Below, piece after piece: positions 33,227 through 43,551 of a stretch of DNA of 48,422 nucleotides. The DNA lies in IMG/VR virus record IMGVR_UViG_3300032233_001776, positions 1-48,422 of that record; one strand, 5' to 3'. The notes beneath the pieces were generated by a model, which worked only from the letters and a program-made list of their open reading frames with translations, was not told where the DNA came from and did no database searches. The position numbers were made by a program, and so were the translations under genes. How positions within the stretch are numbered: position 1 is the stretch's first letter; each line of letters begins with the position of its first letter. The stretch comes from a virus (lineage: Duplodnaviria > Caudoviricetes).

Positions 33227-34774
33227 ATGGCAGCTATTGTAACAGATCAATTTAGATTATCAAATGCCGATAATTTTGTAACTTCTGTAGAAAATTCATC
33301 AAATTCTTATTATGTTTTCACATCTCTACCAAATCCCACATCAGTTGGATTTGGTAGAAGCTCTAATTGGAATAGTAATATACCAAATCCAATTGATGAT
33401 ACTGATTACATGAATTCGTATCATGATACGATGATGTTTGGACAGGTAGTTAATTCTTCAAATATTAGAAGATTAATTAGAAAAGTTACTTGGTCATCTG
33501 GTACAAAATATGAGATGTATCGCCATGATTACAGCATACTTAATCCATCACCAATAACAAATTCATATCGTTTATATGATGCAAATTATTATGTTATAAG
33601 TTCAAATTATAATGTTTATATTTGTATTGATAATGGTTCCAGTGGAATAAACACTACTGGAAATACTTCTCAGGATGAACCAACTTTTACCGATTTAGAA
33701 CCATCATCAGCAGGAACAAGTGGAGATGGTTATCTTTGGAAATATTTGTTTACCGTTTCTCCAAATGATATTGTAAAATTTGATTCAATTCAATACGTCA
33801 CAGTTCCTGATAATTGGAGTTCCTCTACAGATGCCCAAATTACTGCTGTTAGGCAGAATGGAGATTCGAGTTTAAATAATAATCAAATTAAAAAAGTTTA
33901 TATTGCAAATGGTGGAAGTGGATATGGCGGTGGGTTAGGACAATCTTTAAATATTTTGGGTGATGGATCTGGAGGTAAAGTTTTAGTTGATGTGGTTAGT
34001 GGATCTATTACAAATGTTACGGTAACGGCTGGTGGTTCGGGATATACATATGGATTAGTTGATTTGGGAGTAATTAATACTGGAGCTACTATCCCAGCTA
34101 AATTAATTCCTATTATCCCACCTTCTTTAGGTCATGGATATAATTTATACCAAGAACTTGGAACAGATAAAGTATTGGTTTACGCAAGGTTTGATGATTC
34201 AACAAAAGATTATCCAATAGATACCAGTTATGCACAAGTTGGAATTGTAAAAAATCCAACTTCATTTGGATCAACTTCAAATTTCACAAGCAATTCATTT
34301 TCTTCATTATACTCAATTAAATTTTCATCCTATTCAGGAACGGCTAATGTTGGTGATATCATATCACAAACAGTTTCTGGTGGGACTGCAAAAGGTTATG
34401 TAGCATCATTTGATTCTCAGACAAATGTTCTAAAATATTTTAGAGACAGAACTTCATATTATAACTCCACATCTATAGATCAAACTGATTATGTTGGAAT
34501 TTCTAGCGGAGGTAAAGTTTTAAGTTTCCAATCAACATCAAATCCAGTAACTTCAAATGGTGGATTTTCGGGTTCAATAGATACTAGTTTTTCTGGTATT
34601 ACTACAAACCCAACTGGAAATAATTTAATTAATTTAAATGCCAATTTTACCAGTGGACTTGCTAATCCAGATATAAATAAATCATCTGGAGATATTATCT
34701 ATATTGATAATAGACCTGTAATCTCAAGGAATTCTAGACAAAAAGAAGACGTTAAAATTATCCTGGAATTTTAA
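33227..34774 (+). CDS. gp8: baseplate wedge subunit gp8
   Basis: MAAIVTDQFR...VYICIDNG...DGYLWKYLF...SGDIIYIDNRPVISR...QKEDVKIILEF. Confidence 0.9.
   Translation: MAAIVTDQFRLSNADNFVTSVENSSNSYYVFTSLPNPTSVGFGRSSNWNSNIPNPIDDTDYMNSYHDTMMFGQVVNSSNIRRLIRKVTWSSGTKYEMYRHDYSILNPSPITNSYRLYDANYYVISSNYNVYICIDNGSSGINTTGNTSQDEPTFTDLEPSSAGTSGDGYLWKYLFTVSPNDIVKFDSIQYVTVPDNWSSSTDAQITAVRQNGDSSLNNNQIKKVYIANGGSGYGGGLGQSLNILGDGSGGKVLVDVVSGSITNVTVTAGGSGYTYGLVDLGVINTGATIPAKLIPIIPPSLGHGYNLYQELGTDKVLVYARFDDSTKDYPIDTSYAQVGIVKNPTSFGSTSNFTSNSFSSLYSIKFSSYSGTANVGDIISQTVSGGTAKGYVASFDSQTNVLKYFRDRTSYYNSTSIDQTDYVGISSGGKVLSFQSTSNPVTSNGGFSGSIDTSFSGITTNPTGNNLINLNANFTSGLANPDINKSSGDIIYIDNRPVISRNSRQKEDVKIILEF
34672..34679 (+). promoter_or_regulatory. 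possible late promoter within the gp8 3' end
   Basis: TATAAATA about 100 nt upstream of ATG 34778. Confidence 0.4.
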
Positions 34775-34777
34775 AAA

Positions 34778-37700
34778 ATGGCACAAAAGACAGACCTGAA
34801 TATTAGTCCATATTATGATGATTTTAATTCGTCGAATAACTTTTATAAAGTATTATTTAATCCAGGACGCCCAGTCCAATCTAGAGAGTTAACAACTTTA
34901 CAATCAATTTTACAAGATCAAATTGAAAAATTTGGAAGTAATACTTTTAAAAATGGTTCTGTTGTAGTTCCAGGAAATGTTGCATATGATGGATATTTTT
35001 ATGCAGTTCAAGTAAATCCAACACTTTATGGTGTTAATGTTTCAGATTATGCAAATCAACTTATTGGTGTAAAATTAACTGGACAATCTTCTGGCGTAAC
35101 AGCTATTGTGCAGTATGTACAACTACCAAACAATGTTGAAGTAAATAATATTACCTTATATGTAAAATATATTGATTCTGGAAATAATTTTGTAATCAGC
35201 TCTTTTATTGATGGAGAGCTTTTAGTTGCGGCAAATAATAATATTACCTATGGTTCCAGCACCATAAATTCAGGAACTCCTCTTGTAGGATTAATTTCCC
35301 TAAATGCAACTTCTATTGGATCAGCAGTATCTATTGCAGATGGAGTTTATTTTATTAGAGGATATTTTGTAAATGTATCCGCTGAAACTATAATACTTGA
35401 CTATTATGACAATGTTCCATCATATAGAGTTGGTTTATATATTAGTGAAGAAGTAATTACGGCATATGATGATAAAAACTTATATGATAATGCAAAAGGA
35501 TTTACAAATTATGCGGCACCTGGAGCAGATAGGTTTAAAATATCTTTATCCCTAACTAAAAAATTACTAACCGATCTTGACGATACTAATTTTGTTGAGC
35601 TTCTGAGAGTTGTAAACGGAAAAATTTTAAAAATACAAAATACCACACCAAATTCAAATATAAGAGATTATTTGGCAAAAAGAACTTATGATGAAGCTGG
35701 AGATTTTTCGGTTACTGAATATAAAGTAGATACCCAAAATTCTTTAAATGATAGATTGGGAAATGATGGGATTTATTTCTCCAATCAAAAAACTGATCAA
35801 TCTAATACACCATCAGATGATTTGATGTGTGTAAAAATTTCACCAGGCTTGTCTTATGTAAGAGGTTATGATATAACCCAAAATGGATTGACAATTCTAG
35901 ATTCTCCAAAACCAAGAGATGTTAAAACTATTAGTGCTGCAGAAATACCATTTTATTTTGGACACACTTTTATAGTCAATAATGTTTCAGGAACTCCTCT
36001 CTTCAAAGAAAAAATAGCTCTTTATAATCAAAGAAAAGGATCATCAATACCAACAGGAACTCAAATTGGTGATGCTAGAGTTTACATGATGAATCTTAAT
36101 GATTCATCATATTCTTCTGGGATTGGAACTGCAACTAGATGGGGATTATATCTTTATGATGTTCAAACATATACTCAATTAACATTAAATCAATCTATAT
36201 CTAGCCTTGATTTACCTGCAACTTCATTTGTAAAGGGGCAAAATAGTGGAGCAAGTGGCTATGCAGCAAATGCTGGAAGTGGCACAACACTAATTCTATT
36301 GAGACAGGTATCAGGAGCCTTCCAAGTAGGTGAGCCTTTACTTATAAATGGAGTATCTACAATTCCAACAAGAACTGTAGCATCAATTAGAAGTTTTGAT
36401 ACAAAAGATATTAAATCTACTTATCAATCTACAGCCATATCCGGATTTTCAACAGCCTTTAGTGCGGATACTAGTTTAGAAAAAATTACTGCAAGTGGAT
36501 TTAACTCTACAGATACAATTAGTATTGATTCCACTGGAAATGTAACTGCTTCAGGAAAAGTTTTTAGTGGAATAGTAACTGATAGTATAATTAGATATCA
36601 AAGAGCAGGATTTAGTACAGAAACTTATAATAGAGTCACTTCAGTATCATCAACAGGATTATCCATGACTGTTGTTGGAGTTACTACTACATCTGGAGTT
36701 TGTGATGGTGCCGTAGGTATTATTAGTAATACTACTTTTTCATTAGGTATTCCATTAACCAGAAATAGGAATGATGGAACTTTATATTCTACTTTACCAA
36801 ATTCTCCAATATCTTCAGTAAATCTAACTGGATCTAATTTAACGGTTAGCAGACAAATAACTCTTGGAGGTTCCACAAGCACTGGTGTTGGAGGAAGTGT
36901 AACATTTAACTCATCAAATGTTACTGGAATAACAAGTGTTTTCTTTCTACCGTTCAATAATCAAAGATATTCAATTTTCTATTCTGATGGAACTCTTGAT
37001 ACTATAACATCTGACAAGTTTTCTTTAAATAATAATATTGTAACTATTAGTGGACTTACCACTAGTAAAACTATTGTTTCGATTAATTCAACGTTATTGA
37101 AAAATAGCATACAAAGTAAAGTAAAGAATTATAATAGAAGTAAAACTTTAAATGTTATATACTCAAAATATCCACAATCTGGAACTGGAGTAAACACTTC
37201 TGTAAATAATGGATTGACTTACAATCAATTCTACGGATTAAGAGTTGAAGATGATGAAATTTGTTTAAACTATCCAGATGTAGCAAACGTTATAGCAATC
37301 TATGAATCTGTCAATGCAAATGCTCCTACTTTAGATACTCTTTCATTTAGTCCAATCTTAGGAGTAACTAATGGTGCAATTATTGGAGAAAATATTATCG
37401 GTAATGTGAGTGGTGCTGTTGCCAGAATTGTAACAAAACCTTCTTCAGATACTGTTGGAATAGTATACTTGAATTCTAACAGATTCTCTTCATATGAAAA
37501 TGTGACTTTCCAAGAGTCCAACATCACAGGAAGTATACAAACAATCACTTTAGGCTTATATAAAAACGTAACAAATAATTTTACCTTAGACAAAGGACAG
37601 AAGGATGAATATTATGATTATTCCAAAATAGTAAGAAATAGTTCAGTTACACAATCTTCAAATCAATTATTAGTTGTATTTGATTATTATTCAGTACCTA

Positions 37701-40700
37701 GTAATGATAATGGAGATTTATTTACAGTTTTAAGTTATGATAACTCAAGATATCTCTATGATATTCCAGATATTGGAGCAAATAATGTAAGGGCGTCTGA
37801 TACTTTAGATTTTAGACCCTATGTGACTCCATTTACTGGAATTACTACAGCATCTCCATTTGATTTTTCTTCAAGATCTTTTGGAACAAATCCAAAATTA
37901 ATTATAACTCCAGAAGAAGGTTCATTGATAGGATATAGTTATTATTTGGGAAGAATTGATAAACTTTTCTTAGATAAAAAAGGAAACTTTATTTTATCGC
38001 AAGGAACTTCTTCAGATAATCCAACTCCACCAGTAACTATTGATGAGGTAATGGAAGTAGCAACCATTACTTTACCTCCATATCTTTTTGATCCAAAATT
38101 AGCTCAAATATCTTTGGATGATAATAGAAGATATACAATGAGAGATATTGGAGTAATCGATGATAGAGTGAGTAATTTAGAAAAATCAACTTCACTTTCA
38201 TTACTTGAGGCAAGTACAAATAATCTACAAATTGTTGATGCTCAAGGTTTAAATAGATTTAAGAGTGGAATTTTTGTTGATGATTTTAGAGATTCATCAT
38301 TTATCGATTCTCAATATTCATCAATTCAAGTAGATTCTGCCAATCAAAAACTTGTACCAATAATTAGTAGAAGCTCTATTAAGAGTCAATTAGCTCCTGC
38401 AACTAGTTTACCAGATTCTTCAATTGACTTATCTATTGATTATACACTTTTAGATTCAAATGTAGTAAAAAGAAAAAATACTGTATTGTTGAATTATAAT
38501 GAAGTTTCGTGGATTAATCAGCCATTAGCAACGCAAGTTGAGAATGTAAATCCGTTTAATGTTGTTCAATATACTGGAAATATCACATTATCACCATCAA
38601 GTGATAATTGGGTAAGAACTATCCAACTTGCTGATATTGTAATCGAAAGAGAAGATCACATTTGGGTGAGAGCAACAGGACGTAGACAAACTTTATTTTG
38701 GGATACAACTATTTCATCTAATAATGTTTTAGTATCAAGTGGAGCAGATCTTTATATGAGATCTCGTAATACTGAATTCTCTGCAAGAAATCTTAAGCCA
38801 ACTACACAATTCTACCAATTCTTAGATAGTGCGGCTGGAGTTGATTTTACCCCCAAATTAATAGAAATTGCAACAGATTCAACATTACAAACTTATGGTG
38901 CATCTGCAGCATTCCAAGTTGGCGAAACTGTAATTGGAACATACAATAATCAAAATTTAATTAAATTTAGAGTTGCCACATCAAATCATAAGTATGGTAC
39001 TTTCAATTCACCAACAACAGTATATAATTCAAATCCTTATGTACCTACAGAAAGTATCCCTTCTTCATATAGTGGATCGAGTAAAATTTTAAATATTGAT
39101 ACCCATGCCCTCTCAGAAGAAGCTCAAGGACTATATTCTGGATATCTTGTTAAGGGTATGCTTCTTGTCGGTCAAAGCAGTGGTGCTATCGCATATGTTA
39201 AAGATTTGAGATTAATCTCCGACAATTATGGAGATTTACTTGGAACTTTCTTCTTAAGAGATCCTCTTTCTAATCCACCACCACCAGTAAGAATTCCGAC
39301 TGGAAATAAAACTTATGTTATTACTTCAAGTTCAACAAATTCTCCTGCACTACCTGGAAGTTTATTAACATCTTCAGCACAAACTAATTATGATTCGCAA
39401 GGTGTTGTTAATGTTGCTCAAACAACAACTACAATTACACGCACAGAATACTATGTAGATCCTTTAGCACAAACATTTAATGTTGGAGGTACTAATTCTG
39501 CAAGTACTGCTAATGATGTTAGTCCCGATGTCAATGGAGCATTCATAACTTCCGCAGATGTATTCTTTGCAAGCAAAGATGCTGGGAATGCTCCTGTAAC
39601 AGCACAAATTAGAACAGTTGAATTGGGGAAACCTACCACTACCATTTTAGGAAATCCAAAAACTTTAACTCCAAGTGAGGTAAATGTTTCATCCGATGGA
39701 ACAGTTGCTACTAACTTCAAATTTGATTATCCAATTTATCTTGCTCCAGGAAATGAATATGCCTTGGTATTATTGTCTCCAAGTAGTGATCAATATCAAG
39801 TTTGGATTGCCGAAATGGGCAAGAAAACTGTAAATAGTAAAAATTTACCTAATTCTGAAGCCGTAATTTATGGACAACAATATTCTTTAGGTAGTATATT
39901 CAAATCTCAAAATGGATCTACTTGGACTGAAAATCAGTATCAAGATATGATGTTTAAATTGTATAAAGCACAGTTTGCATCAACTTCGGGAACTGCATTC
40001 TTCTACAATCCAACTTTAGATCAAAGTAATGGTTATGTAGCTACATTGAACGAAAACCCAATCACAACTTATCCAAGAACTTTAACTGTAGGTATTACAA
40101 CTACATCAAATTCAACGATGATTGGAATTCTCACTACAGGAAGAAAAGTTGGCGAGTCAACAAAAACTTATAACTATGGATATATTGTTGGAAGTGGTGG
40201 TCCAGTATCTTCAGTTGGAATTACTACTGGTGGAATTAATTATACTAACCAAACAAATATCCCAACATATTCAATTACTGGCAATGGAACTGGACTTACA
40301 GTCACAATTAGCCAGACAGGTGGTGTTATTACTGGAATAACAACTGTAAATGCTGGAAGTGGCTATGTTTCTGGTGATATTGTAGGAATCGTAACTTCGT
40401 CTGCTGGTGGAACTGGAGCTGGGGCAGTAATTACAATTGGTTCAGTTGCTGGTTTAGATACACTATATCTTTCAAATGTTCAAGCAAATTCATTTACTAC
40501 AGCAGCTACAAACTTAGTTTATTATGATAATAGTGGAACTAGAGTTTCTTTAGGAAATACTTATGTAGTATCATCAACGCCACCTAGTGGATATTATGCT
40601 GGTAACTTCATTTCAGTAAATCATTTTAATCATGGAATGTATTCGTTGAGTAATTTTGTTACTTTAAGTAATGTCCAATCAAATATATCTCCGACAATAC

Positions 40701-41947
40701 TTACAACAAATCTTGCAGTAAATGATTCTTCAATCTCAATTGGAGATACATCGAATTTCAATTTATTTGAAGGTGGTATCGTTTCCTCTACAAATCCTGG
40801 ATACGTCAAAATAGATAATGAAATTATTGGGTATACTTCATTAGCAAGTGGAACATTGAATGGGATTATTCGTGGAATAGATTCAACGTTGGCTCAACCA
40901 CATACAAATCAAACTCAGGTTTATAAGTATGAATTAAATGGAATATCTTTAAGAAGAGTTAATAATACTTTTAATATTAATAGCCTTTATTCAAATAGTG
41001 ATGGGTATTATTTACAAGTTGGAATCAGTACAAATGGTACAGATAGAAGTTCTGATAATGTTAGTGGTAACGGGTTGCCACAATTAGCATTTAATAGTAG
41101 TGCATATCTTGGCGGAAGTGGTGTTAATGCAACACAAAATATTCAATTTGATACAATTACTCCATACTACAATGTAATTACACCAGGTTCTTCTACTTTT
41201 GTAAGTGGAAAAATCAGATCCATTAGTGGAACAAGCATGGGTGGAAATGAAAGTTCATTTGTAGATCAAAATTTTGAACCAATTCAATTAAATGTTCCAA
41301 ATAAATTTGTAACACCTAGAATTGTATGTTCTAAAGTTAATGAAACCAATTATTTGGGTGCATTACCAAGAAATAAATCATTAACAACTGGAATTACGTT
41401 ATCAACTACGGATACTAATATATCACCAATGATATTCCTTGATAGTGCATATTCGGAATTTGGTAGCAATCGTCTAAATGATCCAATTCAAAATTATGCT
41501 AAGGATAATAGAGTAAACTCATTTAATTATGATCCAAACTCTGCAATATATGTTTCTGTTCCAATTACTTTAGATCAATCAGCAAAAGGTTTAAAAGTTA
41601 TAATCAGTGCTTATAGAGATACTTCTGCGGACTTCAGAGTATTGTATAGCTTAACTAAGCAAAATTCATCTGAATCTAATCAATCTTTTGAATTATTCCC
41701 AGGATATAATAATCTAAAGGATACAACTGGAGATAGCATTGGAGATACTGTTATTAATCCAGCAAATAATGATGGATTGCCAGATGCTTATGTTCGTGGA
41801 AGTAATAGAGATGAATACTTAGAATATACTTTTACTGCTGATAATTTGCCGTTATTTAACGGATATAGAATTAAAATTGTTATGTCTGGATCTAATCAAG
41901 CACTTGCTCCAAAAATAGATTCGATAAGAACAATAGCAATCCTATGA
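34778..41947 (+). CDS. large virion structural protein (VrlC-like / DUF4815-type), 2389 aa
   Basis: LNISPYYDDF...LFNPGRPVQSRELTTLQSILQ, APGADRFKI, LAKRTYDEAGDF, RRYTMRDIG, RFKSGIFVDDF, DPLAQTF. Confidence 0.85.
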   Translation: MAQKTDLNISPYYDDFNSSNNFYKVLFNPGRPVQSRELTTLQSILQDQIEKFGSNTFKNGSVVVPGNVAYDGYFYAVQVNPTLYGVNVSDYANQLIGVKLTGQSSGVTAIVQYVQLPNNVEVNNITLYVKYIDSGNNFVISSFIDGELLVAANNNITYGSSTINSGTPLVGLISLNATSIGSAVSIADGVYFIRGYFVNVSAETIILDYYDNVPSYRVGLYISEEVITAYDDKNLYDNAKGFTNYAAPGADRFKISLSLTKKLLTDLDDTNFVELLRVVNGKILKIQNTTPNSNIRDYLAKRTYDEAGDFSVTEYKVDTQNSLNDRLGNDGIYFSNQKTDQSNTPSDDLMCVKISPGLSYVRGYDITQNGLTILDSPKPRDVKTISAAEIPFYFGHTFIVNNVSGTPLFKEKIALYNQRKGSSIPTGTQIGDARVYMMNLNDSSYSSGIGTATRWGLYLYDVQTYTQLTLNQSISSLDLPATSFVKGQNSGASGYAANAGSGTTLILLRQVSGAFQVGEPLLINGVSTIPTRTVASIRSFDTKDIKSTYQSTAISGFSTAFSADTSLEKITASGFNSTDTISIDSTGNVTASGKVFSGIVTDSIIRYQRAGFSTETYNRVTSVSSTGLSMTVVGVTTTSGVCDGAVGIISNTTFSLGIPLTRNRNDGTLYSTLPNSPISSVNLTGSNLTVSRQITLGGSTSTGVGGSVTFNSSNVTGITSVFFLPFNNQRYSIFYSDGTLDTITSDKFSLNNNIVTISGLTTSKTIVSINSTLLKNSIQSKVKNYNRSKTLNVIYSKYPQSGTGVNTSVNNGLTYNQFYGLRVEDDEICLNYPDVANVIAIYESVNANAPTLDTLSFSPILGVTNGAIIGENIIGNVSGAVARIVTKPSSDTVGIVYLNSNRFSSYENVTFQESNITGSIQTITLGLYKNVTNNFTLDKGQKDEYYDYSKIVRNSSVTQSSNQLLVVFDYYSVPSNDNGDLFTVLSYDNSRYLYDIPDIGANNVRASDTLDFRPYVTPFTGITTASPFDFSSRSFGTNPKLIITPEEGSLIGYSYYLGRIDKLFLDKKGNFILSQGTSSDNPTPPVTIDEVMEVATITLPPYLFDPKLAQISLDDNRRYTMRDIGVIDDRVSNLEKSTSLSLLEASTNNLQIVDAQGLNRFKSGIFVDDFRDSSFIDSQYSSIQVDSANQKLVPIISRSSIKSQLAPATSLPDSSIDLSIDYTLLDSNVVKRKNTVLLNYNEVSWINQPLATQVENVNPFNVVQYTGNITLSPSSDNWVRTIQLADIVIEREDHIWVRATGRRQTLFWDTTISSNNVLVSSGADLYMRSRNTEFSARNLKPTTQFYQFLDSAAGVDFTPKLIEIATDSTLQTYGASAAFQVGETVIGTYNNQNLIKFRVATSNHKYGTFNSPTTVYNSNPYVPTESIPSSYSGSSKILNIDTHALSEEAQGLYSGYLVKGMLLVGQSSGAIAYVKDLRLISDNYGDLLGTFFLRDPLSNPPPPVRIPTGNKTYVITSSSTNSPALPGSLLTSSAQTNYDSQGVVNVAQTTTTITRTEYYVDPLAQTFNVGGTNSASTANDVSPDVNGAFITSADVFFASKDAGNAPVTAQIRTVELGKPTTTILGNPKTLTPSEVNVSSDGTVATNFKFDYPIYLAPGNEYALVLLSPSSDQYQVWIAEMGKKTVNSKNLPNSEAVIYGQQYSLGSIFKSQNGSTWTENQYQDMMFKLYKAQFASTSGTAFFYNPTLDQSNGYVATLNENPITTYPRTLTVGITTTSNSTMIGILTTGRKVGESTKTYNYGYIVGSGGPVSSVGITTGGINYTNQTNIPTYSITGNGTGLTVTISQTGGVITGITTVNAGSGYVSGDIVGIVTSSAGGTGAGAVITIGSVAGLDTLYLSNVQANSFTTAATNLVYYDNSGTRVSLGNTYVVSSTPPSGYYAGNFISVNHFNHGMYSLSNFVTLSNVQSNISPTILTTNLAVNDSSISIGDTSNFNLFEGGIVSSTNPGYVKIDNEIIGYTSLASGTLNGIIRGIDSTLAQPHTNQTQVYKYELNGISLRRVNNTFNINSLYSNSDGYYLQVGISTNGTDRSSDNVSGNGLPQLAFNSSAYLGGSGVNATQNIQFDTITPYYNVITPGSSTFVSGKIRSISGTSMGGNESSFVDQNFEPIQLNVPNKFVTPRIVCSKVNETNYLGALPRNKSLTTGITLSTTDTNISPMIFLDSAYSEFGSNRLNDPIQNYAKDNRVNSFNYDPNSAIYVSVPITLDQSAKGLKVIISAYRDTSADFRVLYSLTKQNSSESNQSFELFPGYNNLKDTTGDSIGDTVINPANNDGLPDAYVRGSNRDEYLEYTFTADNLPLFNGYRIKIVMSGSNQALAPKIDSIRTIAIL

Positions 41948-42153
41948 GAATACCAGTAGAAGGTCATCCAAATTTATATCGTGATAGTAAAACTAATGCT
42001 ATAATTAATACAGATAAAACTGCTTATAACAATTATTTAAAATCGCTAAGCAGTAAAGAAAAAGAAAAGAAAGAAATTGAAGACATGAAAAATGAACTTG
42101 ATGAAATAAAAACTTTACTCTATCAATTATTAGAAAAAAATGGATCCAAATAA
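41944..42153 (+). CDS. small coiled-coil hypothetical protein
   Basis: IPVEGHPNLYRDSKTNAIIN...EIEDMKNELDEIKTLL. Confidence 0.8.
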   Translation: MRIPVEGHPNLYRDSKTNAIINTDKTAYNNYLKSLSSKEKEKKEIEDMKNELDEIKTLLYQLLEKNGSK

Positions 42154-42316
42154 AATTGATTTAGAAAACATCTCTAAATTATTTGAATATGAAAAAATTG
42201 CTAGAGAAATTGATAGTTGTGAAGATGTAGAGCAATTGAAAAATATTAGCAAATCATACATAAAACTTTATTTCAAACAACAAGAAGTTATAGGAAAAAT
42301 GCACATTATTGTTTAG
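42140..42316 (+). CDS. small helical protein, possibly NblA-like (58 aa)
   Basis: MDPNKIDLENISKLFEYEKIAREIDSCEDVEQLKNISKSYIKLYFKQQEVI; size and two-helix pattern recall NblA. Confidence 0.5.
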   Translation: MDPNKIDLENISKLFEYEKIAREIDSCEDVEQLKNISKSYIKLYFKQQEVIGKMHIIV

Positions 42317-42317
42317 T

Positions 42318-42325
42318 TATAAATA
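42318..42325 (+). promoter_or_regulatory. T4-type late promoter
   Basis: TATAAATA upstream of ATG 42350. Confidence 0.8.
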
Positions 42326-42349
42326 TTGTTTAGGTATACTAAAAAGTAA

Positions 42350-42691
42350 ATGGCTGCAGTATACGTCAGCAATATAGTAATAAATACTGGTGCAGATTTT
42401 TCCCAGACATTTAACTTAGCAAATTCTTCTGATAATTCTGCGTTAAATCTTACTGGATATGGAGTAAGTTCTCGAATGAGAAAATATTCTAGTAGTTCTA
42501 CATCATATGGATTTAATGTTTCAATCGCCAGTTCTTCTGAAGGAACGATTGCAATTGGAATGTCAGCGACGGCAATTTCCCAAATTAAGCCTGGAAGATA
42601 TATTTACGATATTGTAATTGTTAGTGCAAATTCTGTTAAAACTAGAGTAGTTGAAGGTATGGCACTTGTAAGAGAAGGGGCTACTAACTAA
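42350..42691 (+). CDS. virion structural protein (Ig-like beta-sandwich)
   Basis: NIVINTGADFSQTF...LNLTGY...GRYIYDIVI...TRVVEG. Confidence 0.75.
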   Translation: MAAVYVSNIVINTGADFSQTFNLANSSDNSALNLTGYGVSSRMRKYSSSSTSYGFNVSIASSSEGTIAIGMSATAISQIKPGRYIYDIVIVSANSVKTRVVEGMALVREGATN

Positions 42692-43551
42692 TGTCTAAAC
42701 CATCAAGTCGTCAAGGACTCATAGATTACTGTCTAAGGCGTCTAGGATACCCTGTATTGGAGATTAACGTAGATGACGATCAAATAGACGATCTAGTAGA
42801 TGACGCCCTCCAGATGTTCCAGGAGAGGCACTACGACGGCGTTGAGAGGATGTATCTAAAATACCAAGTTAGTCAGGATGATATTAACAGAGGTCGTGGA
42901 CTCAATCAAACTGGTGGATCAGTTTCAAAAACTGGAGTAGGAATAGTCACTACAACAGGAACAGCAAATATTGCAGGAATTACAACAACTTTTAATTTCT
43001 ACGAAAATTCCAATTTTATTCAAGTTCCAGATAGTGTAATTGGAATTGAAAAAATTTATAAATTTGATACTAGTACAATTTCTGGAGGAATGTTTAGTAT
43101 TAAATATCAGTTATTTTTGAATGATTTGTATTATTTCAATTCTGTTGAACTTTTACAATATTCAATGGTTAAATCATATTTGGAAGATATCAATTTCCTA
43201 TTAGAAACGGATAAACAAATTAGATTTAATATACGACAAAATAGATTGTATTTGGATATTGATTGGGGATATGCTCCTCTCGGAACATTTTTTGTTATCG
43301 ACTGTTATAGGATTTTGGATCCAAATGATTTTACTAAAGTTTATAATGATCGTTTTGTTAAAAGATACTTGACTGCTTTAATTAAGAGGCAGTGGGGACA
43401 GAATTTGATTAAATTTAAAGGAGTAAAACTTCCTGGTGGTATTGAATTGAATGGTAGAGAACTCTATGAAGATGCTCAAAGAGAAATCGATGATATTATG
43501 AGCAGAATGTCTATGGACTACGAAATGCCTCCTTACGACTCTATTGGATAA
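42691..43551 (+). CDS. gp13: neck protein gp13
   Basis: LIDYCLRRLGYPVLEINVDDDQI...KRQWGQNLIKFKGVKLPGGIELNG. Confidence 0.93.
   Translation: MSKPSSRQGLIDYCLRRLGYPVLEINVDDDQIDDLVDDALQMFQERHYDGVERMYLKYQVSQDDINRGRGLNQTGGSVSKTGVGIVTTTGTANIAGITTTFNFYENSNFIQVPDSVIGIEKIYKFDTSTISGGMFSIKYQLFLNDLYYFNSVELLQYSMVKSYLEDINFLLETDKQIRFNIRQNRLYLDIDWGYAPLGTFFVIDCYRILDPNDFTKVYNDRFVKRYLTALIKRQWGQNLIKFKGVKLPGGIELNGRELYEDAQREIDDIMSRMSMDYEMPPYDSIG

Noticed and set aside
21247-41947. Intein, intron or DGR variable region in the giant structural genes
   Set aside because: The frames are uninterrupted. I saw no LAGLIDADG/HNH or intein terminal motifs, and no reverse transcriptase or template-repeat pair, although long-range repeats were not exhaustively checked by eye.
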